From the human T2T-CHM13v2.0 reference genome, Homo sapiens, in assembly GCF_009914755.1 (NCBI RefSeq), contig NC_060941.1: a stretch of 64,000 nt of DNA, one strand, 5' to 3'. Of the stretch, positions 1-14,896 are shown in pieces. The position numbers and the translations under genes are program-made. The notes below the pieces were generated by a model. That model was not told the DNA's origin and ran no database searches. It saw nothing but the letters and a program-made list of their open reading frames with translations. How positions within the stretch are numbered: position 1 is the first letter of the stretch; each line of letters starts with the position of its first letter.

Positions 1-928
1 AGGTGGGTACCTAAGGCAGTGTGTGGAGCAGGCTTGTCCACAGGTTAACTGAAGACACGTGCAGGAACCTTTGCCAGTGGCTGGTGAGGCAGCCCTGTCT
101 TTATGCTCCTGGATGCCATGTGCAGGTGCCGGTGGGGCAGTAGGACTCTCCTTGGTATTAGTGGTAGACGGGGCCTGGGTAAAGGCACAGAGGCCTGGGT
201 GGGGTGGACTGCTCCTCAGGGTCCTGGACAGTGTATGTGAGCACTGATAGCAACAATAGCAGCAGCAAGCAAAGTGGCCTTGTCTTCAGGCTCTCATATG
301 GCTCACATGGGCGCCACCCCTGGTGGGTTTGACAGGCTTGTTCTCAGGCTCCTGCATGGTACACTCGAGTGGGCCAGTCCTCCGGCCTCCTAAAGGTATG
401 TACAGGTATGCACAGCACTGCCCCTGAAGGGGATAGGGCTGCTGGTGGTGGCAGTGGTGTCAGTCAGGTGGCTCCTAGGCTCTAGACAGCACATACTTAG
501 GATCCCTTTGACCTAGAGTAGTTTCCCTGGTGGGCTATTAGGTGACCACCTATTTCCACAGGTATATGGTGCTGTGGGACTAGGGATTTGGGGGAATCAG
601 TCCTGGTTTTGAGATGATCCTGGCTGGGCTGGCTACCTCAGTTCCCTTTCCTCCTGTCATCAGAGGATCCCTATCAATTTCCTGCTGAATTCCAGTATAC
701 TCTCTTTGATGTTTTCCTCAAGGTGTGGTTACCTACTTGCTGTTTTGGTTTTTCTTTTTGAAAGAGGTGAGTGCTGGGTATTCCCAGTCAGCCATCTCGA
801 TGATGTCTCTGTCTATGCTGTGCATATTAAGGAATGTATAGACATGTTTTAAAACCTGCACAACTGACCCTATAACTATAATTTAAAAGATTTCTACCAC
901 TTGAAAAACACACTAATTTCTAATTATT

Positions 929-1068
929 ACCTCTCACCCCACACACAGGTTTTATTTAATATGGCAGCAGACTCAGGCTTAAAGTGCAAGATCCTAACCT
1001 CCCACCACACACACACAAGTTTCATTTAATATGGCAGCAAGCTCAGGCTTGAAGTGCAAGACCCTACC
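929..1068. repeat. 70-bp tandem duplication (2 copies)
   Basis: atttaatatggcagca...aagtgcaaga at 954 and 1024. Confidence 0.85.
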
Positions 1069-1844
1069 ATCTTTATCACAGATGGTAGGGATGCACCCTG
1101 GGTTGTGGTTTCTGCGGTATAACCCCTTGAGTGCATTTCTTGTCAACACAAAGACGTAAGAACTAAAGGGACAACTTGTCTACCACTCACCCACCCAGCA
1201 TTCTCCTAAACTGCCAGAGACCCTCCTATTGAACAGAGAGAAAATGGGAGTCACAAAGGGAATATTAGACCATAGAAATTCTGAAATACAGCCTGATGTG
1301 TGCTTCCACTTACTTGATTTGGACTTCATGGGAACCATCCTCTGTGGCTTTTTGTGATACCTTCTTGGCTCTTTGTTGTATCCTTTTCATAAGCAATGAC
1401 CTGTGTTTTCAGCTAAGTAGTTTCTTCAGCCAGCTTCCTCCCTGTAGAACCTCTTAGGTCCTAAGGCCTCTCTTCATTTTTACTGTCTTGTTGTCTTTTA
1501 AGCCAAGCTAGCAAGCAGTGCTATTGTTACTATAATTCTCTTAGAGTCTCTTGTGAATTTTACTTGAGTTCTTGTCATTGGAAAAACCACTTGTCCCAAT
1601 CTCTTTGAGATAAGCACTTCACCTTGTGCTTCCTGTGAAGGAAGCACACTGTTCTGTGTAGTAGGACAGTGCCTTAAGATGCTTATACCCTTAAGATCTT
1701 TAAGGGAATTTGAGGCACCACCTTAAATCTTTCTAAGGTCTTAAAATAGGGCCTTACACTGACAGTCTTGGCTTCACCTTCAGACTTTCTCCTGGCGGCA
1801 CCCTGGATTTGATCTTATCTCAGAGGCCATTTATTTCAGCAATA

Positions 1845-2130
1845 CAGATGCTCCTCAGATTAGGATGGGTTTATGTCTGGATGGCATTTGCATTTGTTAT
1901 GTCTGATATTTGCAATTTATAGGCCATCATAAATTGCAAATATCAGAAGTTATGGGTGGGTTTTCCATTTACGATAATTTCCACTTACAGTGACTTTATC
2001 CTGATGTAACCACCCCTGTAAGCCAAAAGGCTTACACATATCATTTCATTACTCAACACATATCATTTTCACAGTATTATAAAAAGTCAGAAAATGGTGA
2101 GTCGAACCATGCTAAGTCAAGGACTGTCTA
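1845..2130. mobile_element. MER47/Tigger-type DNA transposon relic
   Basis: Ends cagatgctcctcaga... and ...aagtcaaggactgtctat resemble MER47A termini (recalled). Confidence 0.55.
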
Positions 2131-2504
2131 TATTTGGGAATCTGACATGTGGAGAGGCTATAAAAAGGATACTGAACCTAGAAAGTCCTGGTTCTTTTAT
2201 ATGTAGTAGTCTTTCTTTAGCTTATCTCTTGCATTGGTTTTACTTTCAGCGGCTGTGTAGTAACAGTGCCCTTTCCTTCAGGTTCCCGTATCGTCTTCTT
2301 CACTATCCTTGAAGCCCTTCCTACCAGCTTCTTCGAGGACCATCAGGCTTCCACTAACAGTCTCTTTAAAACTCTTCTTGTTTTTGTGCTTATTCTTCTG
2401 TAGGTCCTTTTAGCTTCTGATTAGCTCCTGGTCCAATGGTAGTCCTACATGTTTTAGTAGTTTTTGTTGTGTTGTTGTTGTGCAATCTATATGTAGTGTC
2501 AATA

Positions 2505-3000
2505 TCTGTATCAGTTATTTCTTGGTATATAAGAAAATGCAGTGTCTCAAAACAACATCTATTTTGTTCACAATCTGCAGTTTTAGGCAAGGCTCAATGG
2601 GTCCAACTCACTTTCTCTTTACTTGGCATCAGCTGAGGTGACTTAAAGCTGGGGACTAGAATCATCTAAAGGCTTGTTTATTTACCTGTGCGGCATTCGA
2701 AGCTGGCTTTTGGCTGGGACGTTAGGTAGGGAAGTCAGCTCGAACACCTACCTACATGAGGGTTCACGGTGTGGTTTGGGCTTTCTCACGGCATGTTGGC
2801 TGCATTTTAAGGACAAGCGTCCCTAGAGAGAGAGTCAGGTAGAAGCTGTGTGACTTTTTGTAACCAACTTTAGAAGTCACACAGCAGTTCTGCCACATTG
2901 TGTTCCGGAGAAACCGGTTGTCAATGCCAGCTTGTATTCAGGAGAGGGAATGTCATGGGAGAAGTGGCAAGCAATTTGTAGATGTTTTAAAACCACCACT
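2505..3000. mobile_element. MLT1-type MaLR LTR relic
   Basis: Diverged similarity to recalled MLT1 motifs (tcagttat..., ttagaagtcacacagca, ttaaaaccacca). Confidence 0.45.
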
Positions 3001-3751
3001 TCACTTACCTTTATAAAATAAAAGACAATCATAATTATTTCCTCTAAAGGAAAGCAGTTATTTCCAACTCAGCACCACTGAAATTTCAGTGCAATTTTTT
3101 GTTGTCATTCTTTAATGTGCTCCCTTATTTTGTGTAAAGTAACAATGAATTACAAGATTGTGCTACTGAATTAAGGCATTTTTCTTCAGAAAAATGGTAT
3201 GGATCATGCCACTGAACTTTTATACTGGGAGATGTGATTGCTTCTTAACTCCAAGTATCATTACTCTTTGAAATGTAACTCAAATTAGCGTAAGACATTT
3301 GCAGTTCAGCAAAAGGCTTATGGTATTGGAATCCTTTTTTTTTTTTTTTCCAAAATGTATTAATTAGAGTCTTATTTTCAGAGTCTTATTATGGGAGCCA
3401 TTTATTGACTCAGGCCCAAATAATTCAATATGATGCCCCTAAAACTTCTCTGCAAATTATGGAGAATGATAGTGGGTTAAAGGAATAAGAGACTTTGTGC
3501 TAAAGGGGTAACTTAGAGCCATTTTAAGGAGGAAAGCCATGAAACCGTCATAGGAAAACAGAAGTCTAAGATCAAGTCCAAATGTTGTGTGGCAAAGATG
3601 ATGAAAGTAAAGGATGTATTTTTGTGAATTCTGGTGGTTTTAACTTTGTTTTTAATTTTCTGAGTAATCCAAGGGTCTGTATTTTATGAATCTACAACAG
3701 TATAGGTAACATTTTATTGCAACTGAATTTATTTCAAAAATTATTAGTTTT

Positions 3752-4064
3752 GGCTGGGCGCGGTGGCTCACGTCTGTAATCTCAGCACTTTGGGAGGCCG
3801 AGGCGAGTGGATCATGAGGTCAGGAGATCGAGACCATCCTGGCTAACACGGTGAAACCCCATCTACTAAAAATAAAAAATAAATAAATAAAAAAATTTAG
3901 CCAGGGGTGGTGGTGGGCGCCTGTAGTCCCAGCTACTCCAGCTACGCAGGAGAATGGCCTGAACCCGGGAGGCAGAGCTTGTAGTGAGCCGAGATCCCGT
4001 CACTGTACTCCAGCCTGGGCGACAGAGCGAGACTCCATCTCAAAAAAAAAAAAAAAAAAAAAAA
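3752..4064 (+). mobile_element. AluY
   Basis: ggctgggcgcggtggctcac start, gagatcgagaccatcctggctaacacg diagnostic, polyA tail, attagtttt flanks. Confidence 0.95.
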
Positions 4065-4133
4065 TTAGTTTTTTGTTAGACCATTCTCAGTCTACCTTCT
4101 TCATTACCAAACTATATTGTTTTACTCATGCAG

Positions 4134-4427
4134 ATTGACCTTACAGAAGCACAGGAAACTGTACCTTCACGATGTCTACATCTGGATGCAGAGAATGAAG
4201 TTCTTCAACTTCAACAGACATTATTCTCTATGAAAGCAATACAAAAGCAATGTGAAACACTACAGAAGAATAAGAAGCAGCTGAAACAAGAAGTAGTAAA
4301 CCTCAAAAGTTATATGGAAAGAAATATGTTAGAACGTGGTGAAGCTGAATGGCATAAACTGTTGATTGAAGAAAGAGCAAGGAAGGAGATAGAAGAAAAA
4401 TTAAACGAAGCCATTCTCACCTTGCAG
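4134..4427 (+). CDS. CCDC144CP: CCDC144 coding exon (IDLTEAQE...EAILTLQ)
   Basis: cag acceptor ending 4133, GT donor at 4428; 294 nt open coiled-coil frame (ORF 4128..4538). Confidence 0.9.
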
Positions 4428-5022
4428 GTTGGTTTATTTATCTGTAATGTGCTTTCATTCATTTCGCTGCAAATTTTATTTTGGATATATACATTGTACA
4501 TGTTTTCTCTACTTTCCTTACAGCAATTTGTTTGGTAGACTTCTAGAAGGAAGGTGGTATTTGTTTCTCCATTTAAATATTTTTGTTTCCATCATTCTTA
4601 TAACTAAATTGATCTTCCATAAGAATAATTCTCACTAGAGAATCATCTAATTACTAAAGCCAGTTGGCATAAAACAAGACTAATAGAAAAAGTAAAAAAA
4701 AAAATTGTGATTTAGAAATTATACCATACTCTTGAACTGCTTTTAAGTTACGTTGTTCCACTTTTAAAATTTTAACTTGGTTCTGTCATTCTTTGGAGAA
4801 TTGTTCAACAATTCAGATTCAGTTATTAATTCAGTTGGTACTGGTCATAAATATGTTAAGCTTGAGCTTCTTTCTTTCTTCACATTTTTCTTAAAATTGT
4901 TCTCTGAATCACGTACTTAAAATTGTTCTCTGAATCACTGACTCCAAACAAAAGGAAACAAATACACAGTAATTATTCAGGTTACAATTACTTTTAAAAT
5001 GTTCCCTTTTAATTTATTTTAG

Positions 5023-5243
5023 AAACAAGCAGCAGTATCTCATGAACAGTTAGCACAGTTAAGGGAGGATAATACTACTTCAATAAAAACTCAGATGGAA
5101 CTCACAGTCATAGATCTGGAATCTGAAATCTCCAGAATAAAAACTTCGCAAGCCGACTTTAATAAAACCAAATTGGAAAGATATAAGGAACTCTACCTAG
5201 AAGAAGTGAAAGTTAGAGAATCCTTGTCAAATGAACTCAGTAG
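5023..5243 (+). CDS. CCDC144CP: CCDC144 coding exon ([10 protein letters not shown]...RESLSNELS)
   Basis: ttttag acceptor, gtaagt donor at 5244; ANKRD26-like [19 protein letters not shown] motif; missed by the ORF track. Confidence 0.9.
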
Positions 5244-6679
5244 GTAAGTCAATATGCAGAATCATAGAAAATAAGTTAAGCTCATTAATTTGCCTTCAAA
5301 AGCATGACTTTTAGTGAGACAGGTTCATGAGATTTGTGGGAAGTGAAAGCTAACTAGATCATACAATTTTGGAAAATTGTAAATTATATATAGTAAATGA
5401 ACTTAACCTTTAAGTAAAATTGAAAATAGTAAATGAACGTAACCTTTAAAATCTTTAGTCCAGGACAGTTCCTGTCTCTCCTGTTTTTTGGGTTTATGTG
5501 GCTTCCCCCCACCCCTTAATATTCTTATATAGTTAACCTGATCTATTAGGGTTTCAGCTAAATATTTATGAAGCTTCATAATTTAGACAGTGATACCATT
5601 ATAAAAATTGCTTGTCAGTATTCCCTTAATTCAAAATACTAATGAATTTAATTAATTTCTGGAAGACGACAGCTGAAAACCAAAAGGGTCAAGTACGACT
5701 ACTCTGGACACATTCTGGCACTCAGTAAATTCACTTTGCTTGATTGTGATCATTAGAGGGTGCCTTGAGAAGAAGTGTCCTGTATAGTTTTTCCAATCCA
5801 CATAAAGGCACACTTGTGAAGCAGAGAATGATCAACTAGGGTTGAAGGGAAGTATAACTTACTAAGTGATAAAAAATAACACCTTGGTCAGCCTGAGGGG
5901 GTATATGGAAGACAGAAAGGGCAGGCCCCACCTCTGATACATGGGCCGCAGTGTTAGGAGCTGATTGTCCTCCATGCTGCTTTAGTTCTCTTTGATTTCA
6001 GCAGTCTTATTCTCCCCAAGGAAAAGTCGCCGTGAATGATTCCTCAGTGCCAAATGCTCAAGTTTTTCCAGATAATGGGTGAAATATACAAGGGTGGTGA
6101 AAACAATTGTTTGAAAATGTCTTTGAGAGAGAGTTTTTTAGACAATCTCTAACAACATGTATTGTTTACTAAATACAAGTATTTCTAGCTTTTATTTTTA
6201 CTTTTAGTTTTTTCTTGTATATATTTAAGGAGTACAACTTGATGTTTTGATATATTTATACGCAGTGAAATGGTTATTTTGTCAAGCAAATTAATATCTT
6301 CATCATTTCACATAGTTACCCTTGGAATACAAGTAATTCTAATGGCATCCTTAAGAATCGTATAAGTAGAGTCATTCCAGATGGGCAACAAGTGTTAACT
6401 ATGAAGCCATACATCATTGATAGTCTTTTCTGCCCCCTCCCTCTCTTTGAACTACTTGTTTGTTAGAAATCCCTCTAGAAATAGATGTACTTCTTTAGAA
6501 CAATGTTAAAACTATAATTGGATACAGTAGGCATGCTCTAACACATTTTCAGAGTTAAAACACGGCTTATGGTATATTCCATTTACTCTTAATGGCAACT
6601 TTTAGAACAATCGAAGTCATTTAGGAATCATTTAGGAAAAAATGAAATACTAAGCATTTGTCTTTTGCAATCTTCATAG

Positions 6680-6890
6680 AACTAATGAGATGATAGCAGA
6701 GGTCAGTACACAACTTACTGTGGAGAAAGAGCAGACCAGATCCAGATCTCTATTCACTGCTTATGCTACAAGGCCAGTCCTAGAGTCACCTTGCGTTGGA
6801 AATCTTAATGATAGTGAAGGTCTCAACAGAAAACATATTCCAAGAAAAAAGAGGTCTGCTCTTAAGGACATGGAGAGCTACTTGTTGAAG
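6680..6890 (+). CDS. CCDC144CP: CCDC144 coding exon (TNEMIAEV...MESYLLK)
   Basis: catag acceptor, gttagc donor; phase matches the previous exon; [14 protein letters not shown] motif of the ANKRD26 family. Confidence 0.9.
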
Positions 6891-7967
6891 GTTAGCTATC
6901 TTTTTTCCTTCGGCGTTCAGATTTCTGATAGAATTCTTGTATGTTATTTGGTAAAATACTCAGTTACTTAATTGTCTTGTGTATGGTAAGTAAAAGTAAT
7001 AATTACCTGTGTTAATAAAGAGAGGAGACAGAAATTTTACAGTTATTTTCAAGTCTCTGGAGCTCTCATTCATAAGAGATTACTCCTTTGTTAACTTTAT
7101 TTAATAAATGTAACCAAACTGACACATTTTAAATTTTTTTAAAAACTGCATTTAAGTTAGATTTTAACCAAAGGTTTACTTTGATGTGCTTTGTCTTACT
7201 AATTGATTTTAGTTTGTCTGGGGTTCACTTTTAATGGGTTTAGTGTGCCTGGGGTCACTTTTAAAGTTTTTCTGCATCATCTCAGGTTTTCTACCCGTCA
7301 TCATATGTGAATGATTGGTGTCCAAACACTAACCACCCATGGATGTTTATTATTTAAAAGGACCCAAGGTGAACACTTTTATATGTTATATAAACCTGCA
7401 ACACTTGATTAATCTGTTCTTTAAGTTAAAAGTTTTGTGATTTTCTTACATGAGTACATCTGTAATTGCTATTGCACTTAATAGTGTTTTAATCCCAATT
7501 TTAGTAAAATGTGTCTGTTGCTATGCAATAGCACAGTGGTTTTGAAATAGTTAAATCAAATAAATATTTGAATTTTTAAAGTAAAGCTCACATAAGTTTT
7601 GTCTCTCTACCTGGCCATAACTTTAGTAATTGATGACTAAGATGGCAATGGTATCTAGAGTCCTTCAATAGCAAATGTGACCAAACAGAATCAGTTCTAT
7701 TCTTAATACCCCAAATTCCATGTAAAGCTGCACATGGACATCTCCCCTGGACATGTAACAGGAACCTTTTAGTTCAACCGTGTGGTTTCACTCAGAGTAA
7801 GAGTCTATTTCTGGGGATTTCAAAATGGATCCAAAAATGACGAGCTGTATCAACTATAGAGTTGGTAAGGAAAAAAAAAAACAAAACGTAGTTCAACTAT
7901 GCTTGACCCAGATTAAGGTATTTGTCTAACATTTGTCCATTTTTCAACTGAGGGAAAATTACAAAAA

Positions 7968-8140
7968 CTGGGCACAGTGGCACACACCTGTAGTCCCAGC
8001 TGCTCCTGAGGCTGAGGCAGGAAGATCACTTGAACCCAGGAGTTCAAATCTGCAGTGCGCAATGATTATTCCTGTGAGTAGCTACGGCACTGCAGCATTC
8101 CAATCTGGGTAACATAGCAAGATTCTGTCTCTTAAAAAAA
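7968..8140 (+). mobile_element. Alu monomer (FAM-like)
   Basis: Single arm with 7SL-like internal segment and A tail. Confidence 0.75.
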
Positions 8141-8635
8141 TTACAAAATCCATAAAACATTTGTTTGAACAACAATAGATAAATAGTTTTCTTTGTGTAT
8201 ATTGTTGTTTTTAAAATTTTCAATCGATGCACATTGGCTTATAGTTTTGATGTTTTTATGATCTCCTTAGCGCACAGAAAAGTAGCGCAGGCCCACATGG
8301 AATGAACCTCAACCTTGTTGTGTTTACCTGGCTATTTCGTGTCCTAACAAATCATAGAAGAGCAAATCTAAGGTTTCTTAGATAGCATTGTGGCCAAATA
8401 GCTTAAAAGGGAATGCATTAAATGATTGTTTTAATACATAGATTACAAGAGCCCAGCTAGCTGATATTTTTAATCATATTGTTCGCTTAGGTTTTATTTT
8501 TCTGAAAAAAATGAGATGATCAGCGTCCAAATGCCTCAGTCACGAAATTGTACCACTGGGTACTAATGGGAAATGAATGTTAAATACGTCTGTAAATGGT
8601 TAAGCAAGATGCAAATATAATGTTCTCATTAGTAC

Positions 8636-9105
8636 TATGAACCCCCCAAATTTGAGACAAGTCTCAATTAATTTAGAAAGTTTATTTTGCCGAGGTTGAG
8701 GACACACATCCGTGACACAGCCTCAGGAAGTCCTGATGACATGTGTCCAAGGTGGTTGGGGCACAACTTGGTTTTATACATTTTAGGGAGACATGAGACA
8801 TCAATCAATATATTTAAGAAGTACATTGGTTCACTCTGGAAAGGCGGGACAATTTGAAGCAAAGGGAGGAAGACTGGTAGCGGGGAGGGGGCTTCCAGGT
8901 CACAGATAGATGAGAGACAAACAGTTGCACTCTTTTGAGTTTCTGATTAGCCTTTCCAAAGGAGACAGTCAGATCTGCATTTATCTTAGTGAGCAGAGAG
9001 GTAACTTTGAATAGAATGGGAGGCAGGTTTGCCCTAAGCAGTTTCCAGCCTGAGTTTTCCTTTTAGCTTAGTGATTTTGGAGGCCCAAGATATTTTCCTT
9101 TCACA
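8636..9105 (-). mobile_element. MER4A-type ERV1 solo LTR
   Basis: Reverse complement begins TGTGAAAGGAAAATATCTTGGGCC (MER4A start); 4-bp TSD-like gtac/atac. Confidence 0.8.
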
Positions 9106-9177
9106 ATACTTACCAGAAAAACAAGGTAATGTATCATTTTACAAGATGGTGCTGAGAGAGTATAAAAAGCAGATGTA

Positions 9178-9676
<499 letters not shown>

Positions 9677-9693
9677 TCATGTTAGATTTACTA

Positions 9694-10056
<363 letters not shown>

Positions 10057-10998
10057 TTAGAAAAGTCAAGGAAGAAGAAACTATTTCTATAAGTGTTATA
10101 CAGTCATGGTTCTTTTTCAGGCTGTGGTGGATAGGCAGCAAATGGTGCTCCTCATTCCCTTCTGAGTTCAGAACACAGGAGTCAGATAGATGGACATCAA
10201 CACACTAGCTCTATTACAGACTCATGATAACTAATGGGAGGATGTGGCTCAGATGTGCAGCCACAGTATTTTATCCCAGATTAGGCACTAACCCACAGAG
10301 TTTTAAGTGGAGAAAACAAATGCTTGACACCCATCGCAGGTGCATGCTGCTTACTGCAGAGATGACAGCAGACCTGAACTCATGTCACTGTGGGCAGACA
10401 CATCTTTTGAAAGAGACCCTGAGCCAAGCAAGCACACTGTGTGCTTTGCCCAAATTCACCCATTAGGTAGATCTGATATCCTCTCAAGAGGAAGCTATAG
10501 GTAGAGAGAGTCTAAGTCCTCATTTGAAACCTGAGGCCAGGAAAATGAAGGTTCTCCTATCATTTATGGCTGGATTTAAGTGATAATTGAAATTAATCCC
10601 ATGTCTTTGTATGTACAAATTAGTGATTAGAAGTTGGACAGACGTGTGGTAGATGGTAAAGAGAAATCTGTTTTGTGTTTTCAGTTTTTCTATAAGTAAC
10701 TCACAACATGGATAATTGACTTGATTGATTTTCCTAAACCACGTCTTATTTGGAGGAGAATGAATAGTTCTTTTAAGGAACAGTTTTCTTAATTTCTGCT
10801 TGCTTGGTTCAACTAAAGATTTTCTCCTTCAAGTTTTCTGTTCTGCGTTTTGAAAAATGGGTTCTTTATAAATTGAGTGTCTTGACTGGTACTAGCCAGA
10901 AGTTATGATATTAATTGTTCTTTAAATTTGATTCATAACTTACAATTTGGAGAGCTACTATTTTTTGTCTCATGCTTAAACATTATAGAGCATCATGA

Positions 10999-11650
<652 letters not shown>

Positions 11651-13179
11651 GAGTTATTTTTAAAAATCTGTATTTCTTTTCTGAATATGAAGGAAGGTGC
11701 TGGCATAGAATAACTCCAGGCTCAGTGAAAGATCTGAAGCCCACTCCTACCTTGTAACTAATTGGTTTTGTGACCTCAGGCAAGCTGCAGGCTCTCTGAG
11801 CCTGTTTTGTTTCTTATGTAAAATTAAGGACTTTGACTAAATCAGTGACATTCATACGTTTAAGTAAATCTCTTTTTTTTTTTAAGAATGGAACTTTTTT
11901 AAATTGCATAAAACCACATTATAGAAAACAGAAGTAGTGCTGCCTGACTAAAGGAAGGATCAGTGCTCTGAAGCTGTGACTTTCTTATCCCTTAATCCTT
12001 CAGCATCCTCTGTGGAACCTTAGATTTCTGTGGGACATAGCTTGAAAAGGATCATTTCTTGAATTATTACTTTTATAAGGCCTGGATGGTAATGCTGTTG
12101 TCATGTTACCTACTCTATAAAGCCTATCTGTAATGTTTTTGTCACAGAAATGTTATGGAAAGGAGTCTCAAAATATTGGTAAACCTGTTAGTAAAACAAA
12201 AAAATTGACTTGACACCTAAAATTTGTAAAGGCATTAGATATCATTATCTTTATCACCACAAACTATCTCAGACCCTGTTCTAGGCATTTAGTGAGAGAA
12301 TACCTATTCTAAAAAAAAATTAAATCAGAGCACTCTAGATAGGGACACTGGCAATAAGTTTGAAATATTCCCACACCTTTCATAATTAAGTAGATAACTA
12401 TAACTTGTCAGATGCTTAAAAAATGGGTACTAATTTCTGAAAAGAAATCAAAGTTGTAGTTAAATAACTCTAAATTGTTTTCCTAGTTTTTAATTCTAGA
12501 CACTCATGAATCAAAGAAACTAAGATTGAAAACTGGCTCTAACCTGTATTTATCCTTGCTTTTATGTAAATTTTCTGAAATCTTTGTGTCCGTATGAATG
12601 AAGAAATGTTAATCATAATAGCATAATGTTTTTAATCTTTTGCCAGTGGAACTTTCACATGGCATCACAACAATACTGCTTTCTTCAAGTATGTATTAAA
12701 GATTCTGTGCTGAATTAATAGCAAAGAACATACTTTGAAATTATTATTTTCTAAAAGTGGAGAATGGAGAGTTCATTGTAAGGAACTATTCATTAAAGTG
12801 AAAAACTGGTTAGACCTTGATAAAGGGCAGAGTTTTGATAAGAATGGGAAAGTAATGCATTCATTGCAGAATATGACTTGAATTGTGTAACCTCTGTACT
12901 GATAAGGGAAAACATCACACTTTTGAAATGACATAGATCCAACAGACCAATATTAATTGTACTTTTGTGAGATTAATCTAAACAGCATAACACATATATG
13001 TTCTCCATTATCTAAACTTAAAATAGGTAGGAATTTATATGATATTTTTAATTTAAGCTATCTTCAAGTTAGGTCTAGTCTGTAAAAGTATTATTTAAAG
13101 GCCGCATTTTGTAATTAATGCTCCTTACCATGATAATGTCTCTTCTTAAACGTTATAAATAATATTTGACTTATTTCAG

Positions 13180-13222
13180 ATGCAGCAGAAGTTGCAAAAT
13201 GACCTAACTGCAGAAGTAGCAG
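13180..13222 (+). CDS. CCDC144CP: CCDC144 43-nt exon (MQQKLQNDLTAEVA)
   Basis: tttcag acceptor, gtatgt donor, in frame with the upstream exon. Confidence 0.85.
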
Positions 13223-13679
13223 GTATGTTACCAAAATTTATGAATTAAATTTAGATTAATATATATCTGAAATAAACTGCAAACGACATCCCTTTCCGTT
13301 CTTGGGCTAGTAGATACTACATTAAATATTCTTTCATATACATCTAATGAAAGATGTGAAAACCTGAACATGTATAATGAAGAGCATACTTATGCCTCAT
13401 GAATCATCACGTTCCATAGCTTGAAAAAAATAGCTCAAGAAGTCTGGCTCTACTCTTCACTTCTGCCATCCCTATGGAATTGTCAGCCAGCACACAGAAA
13501 CGGTTCTCAGAAAACAGAGGCATCATCAACTTCTCAGGGTTATGGTAGTGATTTTTAAGGCCAAAACATCCCAGTCTCATCTAGTAACCTATTCAAGCAG
13601 TTACAGTTTATAAGCAGTCGCTTGAGAGGTAACACTTTAAATCTCCAGTCATTTACAGTGTCATTGGTTTACTTTTGCC

Positions 13680-14170
13680 CTCAGAAAAAGTTCCAAATTC
13701 CTTAACATGTAATATAAACACCCACATTCATTTGGTTCTTGTCAAGTTACTCAGGCTTATCTCTCACCACTTACTTTACTCTGCCCCTTTGCTCTAGGAT
13801 CCAGCCAAACTGGACTGCACAGAATTCCACAGTGCTCGTCCTTCTCCTCCAGCTCTTTGCACTTGCTTCTTTGCTCTATCTGCCAACCTTTTTTTCTCAT
13901 CCTTCAGGTATCCACTAACCATGCCTCCACCGAAAAACCTACAGTATCGAGACAAAACTGGGATAGGTGTCCCTCTTGCATTCCAATAGTGCCCTGTTTT
14001 ATACCTGTCAGGGTATCTATGACTTGGTATGGAAATTGCCTATTTGTCTGCTTTTTCAGGTTATAGCATGTGATTGCTGAGGGGTGGACTGTATCATCTT
14101 CATCTTGTAACTCCAGGGCATAGTCTAGTACCTTAGCATGCGGTTGTTGAATAAATGAATGAAGAATGAG
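13680..14170 (+). mobile_element. L2 LINE 3' relic
   Basis: L2-type 3' end (...tctagtaccttagcatgc...gaataaatgaatgaa). Confidence 0.6.
13798..13907 (+). CDS. CCDC144CP: Alternative 110-nt cassette exon ([12 protein letters not shown]...FFLILQ) inside an L2 relic
   Basis: Pyrimidine tract plus ctag acceptor, cag|gtatcc donor, open in the incoming phase; matches my recollection of the CCDC144A C-terminus. Confidence 0.7.
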
Positions 14171-14360
14171 AAAACCAGAAGCTGTGATACACAACCACAA
14201 TGATCATTTAGTGTGCAACTATGGGCAGATTCTTATCTAATAATAAGTTAGCATTGTAGTCATACATACTTTTCATTCTTGTTAACACTGAAAAAGCTCT
14301 CAACTCTTTTTTACTGATTTGCACTTAGTTAACTATGAAATATATAGAATATAATTCTTT

Positions 14361-14652
14361 GGCCAGGCATGTTGGCTCACGTTTGTAGTCCCAGCACTTT
14401 GGGAGCCTGAGGCAGGCAGATCACTGGAGCCCAGGAGTTTGAGAGCAGCCTGTGCCAACATGACGAAACCCTGCCCCTATAAAAAATACAAAAGCTTGCC
14501 AGGCACAGTGGCTCATGCCTGCAGTTCCAAGTACTTGGGGCTGAGGCAGGAGAATTGCTTAAGCCTGGGAGGACGAGACTGCAGTGACCTGTGATCACAC
14601 CACGGCACTCCAGCATAGGTGAAAGAGTGAGACCCTATCTTAAAATAATAAC

Positions 14653-14683
<31 letters not shown>

Positions 14684-14685
14684 TA
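14361..14685 (+). mobile_element. AluJ/S with (TAA)n tail abutting the terminal-exon acceptor
   Basis: Dimer; tail runs to ~20 nt upstream of the AG at 14704. Confidence 0.9.
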
Positions 14686-14705
14686 ATTCTTGCTTTTTTT
14701 TTCAG

Positions 14706-14842
14706 CTGCTACTAAATATGAACCTGGATCCTATATAGCTTCTCCTCTAGGATTTACACACAAGGAAAATCTGAATCAAGATCCAGTTTTGGAAGTAGCA
14801 AAAGAATATGCACAGATTTTAAGAAGAAAATACATACTCTGA
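14706..14842 (+). CDS. CCDC144CP: CCDC144 terminal coding exon (AATKYEPGS...RRKYIL*)
   Basis: T-tract plus cag acceptor; TGA 14840-14842; similar to the ANKRD26 end (SPLG...NLNQD...EY). Confidence 0.88.
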
Positions 14843-14890
14843 AAGATAAGGCAATTTTATTTGGGCTATTCACATGATATTTTGTTTCCC

Positions 14891-14896
14891 ATTAAA
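14891..14896 (+). terminator. Candidate polyA signal ATTAAA for CCDC144
   Basis: ATTAAA ~50 nt after the stop codon. Confidence 0.5.

Noticed and set aside
4890-4938. Short tandem duplications (26 bp here, 21 bp at 47310-47347, and 33371-33440)
   Set aside because: Ordinary slippage events with no functional indication
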